Shown piece by piece: positions 37,301 to 50,577 of a stretch of 64,000 nt of DNA. The notes below the pieces were generated by a model. It saw only the letters and a list, made by a program, of their open reading frames with translations. It searched no databases and was not told where the DNA came from. The stretch spans positions 4,534,954-4,598,953 of the forward strand of contig CM120644.1 in NCBI GenBank assembly GCA_051362555.1, in the 5' to 3' direction. How positions within the stretch are numbered: position 1 is the stretch's first letter; each line of letters starts with the position of its first letter. The position numbers and the translations under genes were made by a program. This DNA comes from Lingula anatina (Eukaryota; Animalia; Brachiopoda).

Positions 37301-40149
37301 GGACTTACACTTCACAGAACGTGATCAGCCATAGCAATAGCATACCCCTGACAGCACATTCGGCTTTAATTCTATTTTCAGTTTTATCACGTATCGTATC
37401 AGCATAATCGGGCAGGTATTGTACTCGTTTACTGCCATGGACAGGCGTCACTACATGACAAAATTATGTGCTACAGAAGGCAATTTATATTGAGAACAAC
37501 GTTGTAGTTGGAACTGTATTTCAGTCGGTGACTGTAGCTCCGGACTGGTAGTCAGGATGAGAAAACGAATTACAAAGCATCACACCAGTCCCTAAGTTGA
37601 CGAGCGCCAACCCGGGCATTTCCATGCCTCTATTCAGGGTGATGGATACCGCATCGGACATTTTCCCCCTCAGCAGTTCTGGAAACAGACTGACGCAATT
37701 CCAGAGATAATGTGACTTGATATCACACATAATAAGACTGGTAAATACGCCCTGGTGAAGCATAGTGGCATTTTTGTGGTTGGTAAAACAGCTTATTCAG
37801 TTTGCTCACCGGAGAATTGTTTCATCCTGCTTAAAGCGTTCCAAATGGTGACACGTGTTATCTATCTGCTTTGTATCTTGTGGGTTACTGAACTTAACAC
37901 GGTCAAGGTCAAGCATGGCAACTCCTGGTACAATCGAGTTCCATGGACCAAAAGTTGGATGGTTTTCAAGGCCACAAATTCAGCATGTTGAAATAATTAA
38001 AATAGACATTCTAGAGTAAGAAAACAAGTGCTCAAAGTTTGAGAAAATTGGAATGGGCCCATTTTACATGGACTTAAAGAACTAAAACACGTAAATAATC
38101 TACCGTTAAACTGTCCGCTTTTTAAACATTTGGCAAAGACGAATACGATCAAGCACTCCTCATTTCAACAACCAAGAGAGCACAAGTGTCAGCCTACATA
38201 CACCTGGCCACATACAAAAATGAAGTGCTTTAGCTTTTAAGTGATACAAGCAGAGCACCTTGCATGACCGATGTTGACTCCGTCACCTCACTTATTTACA
38301 CAAACACACACAGTGGTGACACGGCAAGAGCGACACACATCGCTACGCCCGAACTCCCCCCCCCCCCCCCCCCCCCCCCCCCAGGTTACTGAACAATCTA
38401 TCTTAATTTGAGTAAAAACTCAATCGGTAAAAAATCAAATTTTGACTTCCATAAAACACTTTTCACAAGAACTTGGTTTTGGGGTAAAATATCGAATCCA
38501 AAAAAGAATGGGAACTTCTATTACAAATTGGCACAGTCACGTCCTTTCAGACCGATTGGTGTCCCGTTTCGCTCTTTGTTTTGTAATGTACCTCCTTAAC
38601 TTGGCAGATGTGCTATTTAACAAACGCTACAATGCCGGTATACAAGTTTCTACCGATGCGTTGATATCATTAAACAAAATGTATCTCTTAACTAAAGTGA
38701 CACAAAATACTAAACAAATATGACGTTGATGACATGCATCTTAAATTATTGACAAATTAATAATAATAAACAATTATTATTATTATTGTTATTTCTAAAT
38801 ACATATATAAGAGATACATGCATCTCTCAAAGAGTAAATCATGGTTCTGATAACTGTTTCACCTTAAGTTAGTTAAACTGCAGTAGATTTCTTTTCAACG
38901 CTCCTGTACAAGCCCTATACTTAACTTAAAGCCTTGTTTTATGGGTTCACCTGTGAAGAAGGACACCAAGGGTAAAACGTTTTTTGTTAACTTGTGCATT
39001 TCGCAATTACCTAAAAATTCTTGGCATTCAATTTTGTATACCACCTGGCCACATAGTCTGAATTTTAAAGTCAAGTAAACATACTTAACGACTCAGTTTG
39101 GAAACGTTTGATATTAACACGTACATGGCTTCTGTCTATGAAAGGGGCGTGAAGTCGTGTTCCAAGCGGTGACAAGCCCAGTTTTCTTATGGGTGCCAAA
39201 GTGAGGTGAAATGCGTGGTTAATAGTATACGTGACACAGAAAAACAAACTTCCTCATTGGAATTATCTTAGGGATTGCCGAGCTCCTCAATTGAAACCGA
39301 TTGAGAGACCAAAGTGATCACGTATTAAGGTTTGATTCAAAAAGTGGAGTGAGATAATTTAATAATCGTTTTGTTTTCTAAGTACGTCTCAGCTATTGGA
39401 ATTGATTTTGTTTCTATTGAGATGTAGTGTAACAAATGCCAAAGCACTACAAAACGCTCAAGATGCCAAAGCAAATTTATAATGAAGTTGTGTAACTTTG
39501 TGTCTTTTTATACCGTCCCTTTTACTAACAAAGACAAACATCCCTTTCTTGACTTCCTACCTAGCTTTTTTTTCCTTAATTTGAAGCAGAAAATCTTCAC
39601 TTTTTATCTCTACAGCCACCGGCGTTGGGATTTGATACCTCAAAGTCTTAGTTAAGCACAGATTTGTCTAACTTTTTCTCCAGTGGTGATGTTAGTCAGA
39701 AATCAAAACCTTCCACCCTGAGCTGGGTGGGAACCAAATGAACCCAAAACGACCACCAGCAAAATCTCCTATCTTTGCTCACGTGGCATGGAGGCGCGTT
39801 CATCTAGCATGTGTAACCCTCAAGAGACCAAGCTATTTTACTGACTGAAATGACCAAGTGGGGTCATTTATGACTTGAGGTCAGTTATTTTAGTGATTTG
39901 ACCTCCTAGTCATTCCGCCACCTGGGATCTCGATTTACTGTTTGAGCCAGATCATTCGTCAGTAAGTTCTCAATGCGCCTTATATTCAGTTATCTTTACA
40001 ATCCGTAATCATGTGATAGAACAGTTATGGACTCTGTGCTTCGGTCACCTCTTGGCTGGGTTCATCCCCTATATCGGAATATTATCCCTTTTCGGGTTGA
40101 ACCTTACCAAAAGATGACCTCAGCCAAGGAAAATATCTGTATAATTACA

Positions 40150-41298
40150 CCCTTCCTGTCATATTGCTCTAACACTATCCATCCATCATATCCTTTCTGC
40201 CATATTGCTCTTGTTCTCACACTTTATCCATCCAACGTATCCTTTCTGCCATAATGTTCTAACACTATCCATCCATCATATCCGGTCTGCCAAATAGTTC
40301 TAATACTATCCATCTATAATATCCTTTCTGCCATAATGTTCTTACACTATCCATCCATCATATCCTTTCTGCCATAATGTTCTAACACTATCCATCCATC
40401 ATATCCTTTCTGCCATAATGTTCTAACACTATCCATCCATCATATCCTTTATGCCATAATGTTCTAACACTATCCATCCATCTTATCCGGTCTGCCATAA
40501 TGTTCTAACACTATCCATCCATCATATCCGGTCTGCCATATTGTTTTTACACTATCCATCCATCATATCCTTTCTGCGATAATGTTCTAACACTATCTAT
40601 CCATCATATCCTTTCTGCCATAATGTTCTAACACTATCCATCCATCATATCCTTTATGCCAAATGTTCTAACACTATCTATCCATCATATCATTTCTGAC
40701 ATATTGTTCTAACACTATCTATCCATCATATCATTTCTGATATATTGTTCTAACACTATCCATCCATCATATCCGGTCTGCCATATTGTTTTTACACTAT
40801 CCATCCATCATATCCTTTCTGCGATAATGTTCTAACACTATCTATCCATCATATCCTTTCTGCCATAATGTTCTAACACTATCCATCCATCATATCCTTT
40901 ATGCCAAATGTTCTAACACTATCTATCCATCATATCATTTCTGACATATTGTTCTAACACTATCCATCCATCATATCCGGTCTGCCATATTGTTTTTACA
41001 CTATCCATCCATCATATCCTTTCTGCGATAATGTTCTAACACTATCTATCCATCATATCCTTTCTGCCATAATGTTCTAACACTATCCATCCATCATATC
41101 CTTTATGCCAAATGTTCTAACACTATCTATCCATCATATCATTTCTGACATATTGTTCTAACACTATCCATCCATCATATCCTTTCTGCCATAATGTTTT
41201 TACACTATCCATCCATCATATCCCTTCTGTCGTATTCTTCTTACACTATCAATATATCATATAATACATTCTTCTATATTGTTCTAACACTATCCATC
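40150..41298. repeat. 41-bp minisatellite, about 27 copies
   Basis: Unit TGTTCTAACACTATCCATCCATCATATCCTTTCTGCCATAA with recurring variants. Confidence 0.95.
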
Positions 41299-41314
41299 TT
41301 TCCATCATAAACAG

Positions 41315-41561
41315 CCCAGCAAACACATAACGTTATTATAACGTTACCAAAACGTTTATTTTACCCGAAAAAGTGTTATGGCCACATTATGATAACGTTA
41401 TAACACGTACTGTATTTACCGGGATATCGGTCATTGGTAGAACATGTTGATAAAAATACTAATAGCTCGTAATTATTATAACGTTACCATAACGTTAATT
41501 TTACCAGAAAACGTTATGGCCACGTTATGGTAACGTTATAAAACGTTCTGTGTTTGCAGGG
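41315..41561. mobile_element. CCC-terminal MITE with AACGTT motifs (internally duplicated)
   Basis: CCCAGCAAACACATAACGTT / AACGTTCTGTGTTTGCAGGG ends; a related copy lies at 56182-56300. Confidence 0.7.
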
Positions 41562-41959
41562 ATCACGTAGTACATTAACTGATTAAAGGGGCTCGATGCG
41601 TTATATTATGTAGACCTTCAATCGGGATATAATTTTTCAAGTATCTTTAATATAAAATAATTATCTTAATATTAGTGTAATGAAATTGAACTGTTTCAGA
41701 GTAAAGATTCCCTTTTTTCAACACGCCGCGCACTTCTACACAGAGGGAGGCCAAGCGTTTATCGTCAGTATTGCTGCTTTGTCACCTGGTTTGGGGCAGT
41801 GATCGATTTCCGACGTAACTCTGTAACTACGTAAGATGCAATCATGATTGGCAACTAGGTGCCATTATTTTCAAGGAGAATTGTGTTCCTACTTACGTTA
41901 CAAAGGCAGCCTTTCATATTGCCTGGCGTCACCTTGCAGTACTTATTGTTGGGGTTAAA

Positions 41960-42560
41960 TAGTCGTTAAAACGGCGTAGATAGCTGTTCAAATGAGGGAG
42001 ATTTGTTTGCTATCGATATTAAAGATTTAACCCCCATGAACGCTGCTGTTACGTCATCAGCTGGAATGGGCAAATTCGCCCTGTTGTATTTTTGATGTGT
42101 CAACATTATCTCTTAACATGGCAATAATAAGCGTTATCAAAACGGATATGAAAAAAAAGGCCTAACCCCCTTAAAACAGTGCTAGAATTCTAAATCTTAT
42201 CGGCCTTGAATGTGAACTAACAAAATAAATGAGTTTATTGTCTTCCTGGTTGAATGATTTATTATACTTCCATGGCGAAAAAAATTTAATGTGTTTAAAA
42301 TATGTCAAGCTCCCAGTAACTGAAAAGGCGTTAAAACGATTCTGTTAGCTTTCCAAGCGATTGAAATATTTTTCTTATCGATATTACAGATTTCGTCCCA
42401 TAAACGCTGCTGTTACATCGGCTCGAATTAGCAAATTTACCCTGATGCATTCTTAGTGTTACAGCAATATCGGCATTATCTCATATTTATTTACGCATTA
42501 TCTAAACGGATCAGAAAAAATCCTTGCGTATAGAAACCTCTTAAAACAGCATTAGTGTTC
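41960..42560. repeat. Old diverged tandem duplication, about 365-bp offset
   Basis: CGTTAAAACG...TATCGATATTA.AGATTT...AACGCTGCTGTTAC occurs near 41964 and again near 42329. Confidence 0.7.
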
Positions 42561-42714
42561 TAAATCTCACTGCCCTTGAAAGTGAACATTTCTTGTAGTG
42601 AAAAAAAAAACTGGTTAAACATAGACGTTATTGCAGAGACATATTTATATCGAACATAAAGAGAAAGAGAGAGAGAGAGAGAGAAAGGTAAAAATGTAAC
42701 ACAAAAAGTAAGGA

Positions 42715-42993
42715 AACTCAGAGCTCCGTGCACAGTCTTGCCCCAGCCTCGTGGTGAGGTCTCCACGTGAAGCAGACGACGAACATGTCTGCCTGGCCAC
42801 ACGATCCTGTTTAAAAGCCAGTTTTTTATAAATACTTTTTATCAGATTTTCCTGGGTTTATTTTCCCCATTTTTTTTTTCACTAACCTTTCAGATGGGCT
42901 TCAGGTCAGGCGTTTTAGCGTTATTTGAACTCTGGACCACCTCGTTACCCTGTACACGAGATGGAGCACTTGACCGCGAAACTGCACACGGCC
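42715..42993 (-). mobile_element. Probable degenerate tRNA-derived SINE
   Basis: Minus strand begins GGCCGTGTGCAGTTTCGCGGTCAAG (A-box-like) and has GAGTTCAAAT (B-box-like), then a GC-rich body ending near simple repeats. Confidence 0.4.
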
Positions 42994-44481
42994 ATAATAA
43001 CCCCACTGCCCCGCTTTAGGTCAAGTTCAATCATTTGGCTTACTTATGTTCTTTTACACATTTCACCACCTTGGCAAACGCATTTCACTTATTTGCGTAC
43101 AATAGGTCAACCGGTTGAAATTTTACGGGTTTTTTTTTTTTTTCTTGATTTCGCCACTTTTCAATCTCCCCGTTTTAATTATTCGAGTACGGCACAACAG
43201 CGGTTTTCATTTACACTTTTTTTCTTCATTTTACCACTTTTTCAATCTCTTCGTCTCTTCATGCGAATCCCGTGCGATGACAGGAAGACAACAACGAAGC
43301 GTATGCGAGCAAAGTACAAACACTTTAGAGGAAATTTTAATCCAAATGGCAAAAACTAGACTGGATGCTGTACCGCTTTTGTGGCGGCCTTGAAGGGACT
43401 ACTTGATCACTCCTGCGTGCACTCAAACTTGGTCGACTTCTACCATCATTTAGTTACTTGGCGATTAGTTTCGTTGTTTTTGTGCAGTGATGGATACACT
43501 CACAATGTGATCGTACTCACAGTATAATATATAATGGTACTAAACAAGATGGAACTAAACTAAAAATGCTGTCACTTGTTTTTCAGGCCACACTTGCAAG
43601 TAGGGTTTTTTTAATCGCTACTTTAAGCCATTTACTTTTCAAGTGGGCTTTCGGTTCCAGACGCGCATTTGATGATACTTTGTTTGAAACACGTACCCAC
43701 CTTAGCACCTTGTATGTTTTTACGTCAACAACCACTGTGAAGTGCGTTGTTACATTTAAGCCAATCAACAGAAGACAAAGGAAATATTTTTAAAATTTAA
43801 TAAAGTGCTTTGTTGGCTTTTAAACATGAAGCTGCTCTTCGTTACTTAACGGAAACCTGCGGTAAGATGTCGCGTTTACTCAAGAAACAAGGCGGCGTCC
43901 GACAAACACTTTTAATATCGCCTTTGGTAACAGGGCTATTTCATTAACAGTATTCATAACAGGCTGTTTGGCCTTTATTAATTAGAAATGACGCACAATA
44001 AAGACAGGACCGGAACCGCAACTGCCCAACTGTAACCATACCAAAACATTGTCTTGAAGAAATCACAAAGATCAAACTGAGAATACAGCCTAATCAATCA
44101 AATATAACCGTTACGAAGATCAAATATCACAAACTAAATGTTGTGATTTGTGAAAATCAAATAGGCATGATAAAGACAATATTTGTTGGGGTATTTGTCT
44201 TTTGCCCTCAGGTTTATATGTTAAAATTATTCAGTCTCGAAAACCGCCCCACAGCCGAGAGACAGCGGAGAGAAGATGGACAGCAACAAGCCTTTTTCTC
44301 AATGAATCTGTGTGAGGTTGAAGGACAAAAAAGTTTGCCGGTCAAATGATTGATTGCCCAAATTAAACTCAATTTGGAAGTGGGATTTTGTTTAATTGAC
44401 ATTGAAGAGGCCTAACCATTTAATATGTCATGTTGATTATATTTATTCATACCTAGGTGAAATGAAAAATTAATGTATCTC

Positions 44482-44533
<52 letters not shown>

Positions 44534-44937
44534 GGCGGTTGAACATGAGAAGATGACATAAATACGTAGGTTGAATTTTCTCGATTCTCAGAAAAAAAAA
44601 CCAATTCGTTAATTCGATTTATATCTCCAGCGTGAACCTATCTGACGAAATCGACGGCGAACTTATGTTGAGCTATTACGGACTTCAGCCTCGCCCGCGG
44701 CCTCTGCGGCGCTCATGTCGACTAACCGCTTCCATTCCTACTCTGATTCTTTTCACGGTGTGTCTGAGCAAGCTTTAATAAAAAAATTGGTATCACAGCT
44801 TGTCCTTGGTATACTGTTTAACTAACCCCTTTACCTCAGCGAGGTGCAGTAATAGCTCAAGTGGCGAGTGAAGAATAAAATACAGGAGGAAATCGGGTTC
44901 GTGTTGAGAGGCGTAATCACATTATCCAATAAAAACC

Positions 44938-44976
<39 letters not shown>

Positions 44977-46864
44977 GAGGTATTAATTTTCCATTGCATA
45001 TATATATATATACGTGTGTGTGTGTGTGTGCCCGCGCGCGCGCGCGCACGAACTTGCGATAGCTGGTCGCTTGATGGGACGGTTTTTCTCCCCTCATTTT
45101 CACATCTCTTAAAGTGGTATGTTTTATATAAAGCTTACCTGCCATTAGTTGTCAGTATTTCAATGGGACTGGATCATCCATTATCTCAAGTAAGGTTTGC
45201 ATATGCAAGATTGGGCTTTTTAGAAATAAAGGTTACCGTATCAGTAAACATTATACCGGCATTATGAACTCAAACCGTTTCACAGTTAATGACGCGTGTC
45301 GTCGCTTATAAGGTAAACGGTTAAGGTCCATATTATGATACAAGAGTTGTCGAAATAAATGTACTTGTTATTGATCGCTATTCGCCAATACTACCGTAGC
45401 GGAGCCATGCTGCCGACTTAAATCTGCGTAGATGTACTCTACTACATTTTAACAAGTATAAAAGGCAGTTTATTGGTACACTGTACACTGACCTTTGGGC
45501 AGGAATTAATTTTTATACAACAAAATAATAACTTATATCCTGCCACGGACATAAAATTACGTCATTTTTTGTCTGTGAGCTATTTGGCGCACCTGTGTAA
45601 CGCTCTGCTGTATGGGAGGGACCATTGTACACGAAAAACTGAGCTGTTAAAACCTTTCTACAGGCGAAGATGCGTGAAATTTCCATAAAGCCCTGACATT
45701 GCTTTAACCGATCCTCCATCATGTATAACAATGTAAAGTTTGAACTTGAACTTCGTTACACAGATTTCACCACCATGGATCTCCCGCCCTCTGCGGGAGG
45801 AGGGGAGTGAGTAGGGGGGGGGGGGAGTGCCTCAATCTACTGCGGGTACTCTACCCTCCACTGCCATGGAGGGTCACCCCGGGTCCCTCTGACCCGTCCC
45901 CGTGTCGAGCTCACAGACGAATTTATTTATTTCTCTAATTTATTTTTTGCCTTGAACGAAAATATGTACTTCTTTCACAATTTTCCAGTTTGCTGGACTT
46001 TGGTAGGCGAGTCAGCAAAACTTGAGATACAGGTTTTCCAAGAACACCACTCAAAAATCAAGTGGATTATTTACGGTATTATAAACAATACAATAACTGT
46101 TTAAAAAAAACATTTGACTTTGATTTAATCATAATTAGGTGTCGGTGTAGTTTCTATGTGCAATGATACATGTAAGCGAATCAATCCTATAACTCCAAAC
46201 CAGGTCCATTTAGATCCAGGTTTTTACAGTAATATATTTGTCTTCTATTCCACAACGTGAACCAGGGAGAGAGTGAGGGGGGAGAGAGGGGGGAGGGAAA
46301 GAGAGAGAGGGGAAGGGAGAGAGAGAGACGAAGTCAATCAAGCCACTCGGATCTGTCCTGCTAATACCACTTACATTCCTTTACCTCGCTGTTTATTCCG
46401 CTCCAATAGTCGTGTTCTCGCCATGTGTATGTGCGTGCTAGCTAATGATAAATGTTGTTAAAAATACCACGTTAGGAATTAAAAGAATTCCGCTGTGAGG
46501 CTACGACACGTTAAAAAAACTCGGCATGTGGGAGGAGTGGACGGAAGGTGACGTCGAACCGAAATATTTCCCGTGAATTATATTAAATATTCAAGGAACT
46601 CTGTTCGTTTATATTGACCTTTTACTAAGGGAATGTTTCTGTCAGACCATGAGGATATGCATGACAATTCCATTCGACAGAATGAAACAGAAAATTTATG
46701 TCCAATGATAACGTGTCTGCTGTTTATATAAGACAACGCATTTTAATTATGAGATTGTGTTTTGTGATACGGCACGGAGCACAGGATAGGATGATCTAGT
46801 ATAATGGAGTTATTTATAATCAATAACATGATGTAAAGGGTCCGTAGGCGTGAATTACTCTTAA

Positions 46865-47078
46865 AGAAAAATAACAGAGAAAACAAAATGATAAGAAGCA
46901 ATCACATAAAAGAGACTTCAGAAAGAGAAATAACAGAAAACAAAATGATAAGAGGCATTCACATAAAAGAGAGTACAGAAAGAGAAATAACAGAAAACAA
47001 AATGATAAGAAGCATTCACATAAAAGAGACTTCAGAAAGAGAAATAACAGAAAACAAAATGATGAGGAGCATTCACAC
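46865..47078. repeat. 57-bp minisatellite, about 3.7 copies
   Basis: GAGAAATAACAGAAAACAAAATGAT at 46925, 46982 and 47039. Confidence 0.9.
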
Positions 47079-48144
47079 GAATGATCGAGGCTCCTGTACA
47101 GCGGACCCACCTTGCCCAAGATGTTGTACAACTTCTTGCTTTGTGGCACATAATATTTATTCGGTCTTACATCTTTACTTTTTCATATCCCTGCACAGTG
47201 CAAACATGCGTCATTTCTTTAACTGGAAATTGCAGGGAAAATGATAGACGAAGATAAAAACACTCATACATAGACGAAAAATATCATCTTTGCGTTTTAG
47301 AAAATGCACAAAAGAGAAGACGCATGCATCAATGTATCACCTGGCTACATTTGTGTCGCTCTCTGAGTTAAAAGGTCAAACCACTTTTTACACGCAGCCA
47401 TAAGCGGAACACGCAAGTGGCAAATTAAGACCAAAACACACCTGAGGAGGTATACTTCTGTCCGACAGACAGTGTATTTATAGAAAGAAGAACAACAAAT
47501 AGACGTCATCGTTAAGCAACAAAAATTTGTTCTATTTTGGTGAGGAATCCGCTATGTTAGTCACGGTGAATAACACATGGCGTTATCTTCCTCTCTCCCT
47601 ATTTCCATGCTTCTGATGAATTACATTAATCCATTAACTGGTTTGACCCGACCCGGCATTTCATCATTCAAACCATCGTCTCAAGGGCGAGACTGCTTTT
47701 TTTTCTCTAGGAAATCTAAATACTATTCCGTATTACTCATTAACAGACTATCAGAACTCTTTCTCTTCGTGTCTTCAAAAATGTTATTACTATAATAATA
47801 ATAATTATTATTATTATTATATTTTTACCTTAAATTAAACAATCCAGTGCCTTGCTCCAACATATGTTGCGCCAAAATGTGCACATTGCCAAAATCTACA
47901 CGCCTCAGATGTGTATTTTATTGATAATTGTCAAATAAAATGAAACTTCAAAATCATTTAAGACGAAATACCAGCAAAATTATATGAAGTTCAAAATACA
48001 AACTTGAGATATTTCACTTGATGACTTACAAGGAATGAAAGGATCAAATAATACTTTTTTCCATTTCTTTTCATCGTGGACACCGCTGCACTACTACGTA
48101 TTTAGCGAGAGTTACATTAAATACTGCTTTCATGCCATCCCTTC

Positions 48145-48187
<43 letters not shown>

Positions 48188-48569
48188 TTACAACCCAATT
48201 TCTAGATTTCTTGTCCTTTAAATGATCCATTTACATTATTAGCGTATTGTTTTGATATAAAACTTTGCTGAACAAACTCAAAATTTGCTGCTTTTCATTC
48301 TCGTCACTAACCAGACCCACTTATTTCGGTAGACGTACTTATTTTGGCAGTGGACATGTACTAGTACAGTTCTCAGCCATAGCCACTGGTATTAACTGTG
48401 CAAAGAAACAGAAGCCCTTATAAAATGTAAAATTTGCGATTTAAGTCATTGTAAATCTCCACACTTCTACAGTGACACCAATACTAGGAGTTTCCACATA
48501 AACATTGTACACAATCTCAAACGAAAATACATGCGTTTTTATGCACACACGTACACACACGTACACACC

Positions 48570-48604
<35 letters not shown>

Positions 48605-49129
48605 ACACACACGCGAACACAAACCCGTAGAGGACTGTAGCAAGCAATTTTAACGGAGGGGCCTTTTTCTTGCAATGTGCAACTTTTCACCCCCTCGCTT
48701 GACCCAAATGGAGAAATGACTCGGAACTTTGATCAAGTTTGGAGGCAGGGCAGATTTTTCAGGCCAAAAGGGTCGTTCTATCGACCCCCCTCCCATCCTC
48801 CCCCCCCCCCCCCCCTCAATGTCTACGGGTCTGGCCACACGTCTGCTGAGACCGCGTAGCCTTCACGGCAACATACCTGGCGTAATATATGGGCGTTCTT
48901 TTCTGCCAGGGAATGAGTAACAGAGCAGGTGAGTACATAGGTGTTAATTCCTACACAACACTTCATAACCTAGGAATGCCATTACACGAAAATAACAGTC
49001 TGTTGGAAAATCATCGTCCCGTCTTAACACGAGGCCACTTGTTGCTTAATTAGAGGTATACGCGTTTGGAACGGCCTTAAGTTTCTTAGGTATATTCTCT
49101 ATGTCTAGGCCCACGTATCCAGCAAATAT

Positions 49130-49298
49130 CAGGCCCGTAGCTAGGGGGGGTTCGGGGGATTCGAAAGAACCGCCCCTTTTGTCAGGAAAAGGTCCATTTT
49201 TGGGTAAAATTTTATCTAGGTACACATAAGTTTCATTGTGAAAGGTCCACTTTTTCAGAAATAGAACCCCCCTTTTGAATTTGCTGCCTACTGGCCTG
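49130..49298. mobile_element. MITE with CAGGCC(C/A)GTAG TIRs
   Basis: CAGGCCCGTAG / CTACTGGCCTG ends, flanked on both sides by AATAT. Confidence 0.7.
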
Positions 49299-50215
49299 AA
49301 TATACTTATCTTTTTTTCCAATTCAGACCCTCAAACGATAAAACCCCACAAAACAAACGTAAATTATGCGATTGTCAATGTTTTATTTCAAATGTGCTGA
49401 CATTGCAGTGTAACGATTACGGGACACATTTGAAACTGAAATCAAAAATGGTGCAAAACAACACCCCCCAAATGCAGGGATGGGACGAGTAATGATTTGT
49501 AGGTAAATATAAATTACTTTTTTAAGGGGGGGATACGATTTGGCAGGGAAATACCAGACGGAATACTTGTTTTCAGTGAGGAAAGTGGAGAATGATTAAA
49601 ATCATTGACATAATGCAAAAATACGTTGGATTTGAGCGGTTGAAGAAAGCGTGTCGTAAAAGTTTTCTCCCATTTCAGCTGCGAAGACTTTAGAGAGATA
49701 GATGCGTCTTGCATACCACCGATCCCAGCCCCTCGGCCATTTTTTATCATGTCTAACATAACATTGCCCCTTCATTTCTATTTCGCCTTGCATTTCTCTG
49801 TCTGTTTGTTTGTCCGTCTGTCTGTCTGTCTGTCTATCTCTCTCTGTCTGTCTGTCTGAACTAGTGCAAAATGAAAATGATAAAAAAACAGCCATAAACA
49901 AGAACGTAAGACGTAATGAAAATGAAAAAAATAAGGATGCAAGGAGAAAGTAGTTCCAAATATCGAATGTACTTTGCATTTGCTCTGTCAAGAAACAAGA
50001 AGTTAGACCAAACATGAACGTTTCCCGTCTAGAATAACAAACCGTCTCGTACACTACGCACTCTGTACTGCCCATGTCTGTGTCTCTACAGTCGGGGTGG
50101 CCATAACTCAGAGCATTCCTCAATATACAGTGTAACTTTCCTTTATTTGCAGGTGTGGTGTTGTCGTTATTGACATTAAGTACGATGCACACAATACGCA
50201 CAAACACAGATACAT

Positions 50216-50261
<46 letters not shown>

Positions 50262-50530
50262 ACGTGCCTCTCCCTCTCTCTCTCTCCTCCACGTGCGGTG
50301 CCTAATGAGATAAGGATAAACTTAACTGTGTCTAATGACATTAGAGTTTATAAATACCACTTATGTCACGAGGCGGAAGTTTCATAATGATGGAAATTGC
50401 CTAATGAATCTAGTTAGCCATCGCCATTTCCTGCCTTGGTACTTAGTGTTGATCATCATTTGACCACTTAGAGAAATTAGGAACATGCACGATACGGGAA
50501 GTACTCAGGATTTCTTTCCTTTCTTGTTAC

Positions 50531-50577
<47 letters not shown>

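Noticed and set aside
42915-42993. tRNA gene
   Set aside because: Only degenerate A/B-box-like motifs, with no cloverleaf; better explained as a SINE head.
46888-47244. ORF with 19-aa repeats (MIRSIHIKETSEREITENK)
   Set aside because: By-product of a 57-bp minisatellite that is open on both strands; no splice or domain support.
49602-50207. 201-aa ORF and other low-complexity ORFs (23505, 31139, 53795, 55414, 56867)
   Set aside because: They run through microsatellites or homopolymer tracts and have no protein motifs.
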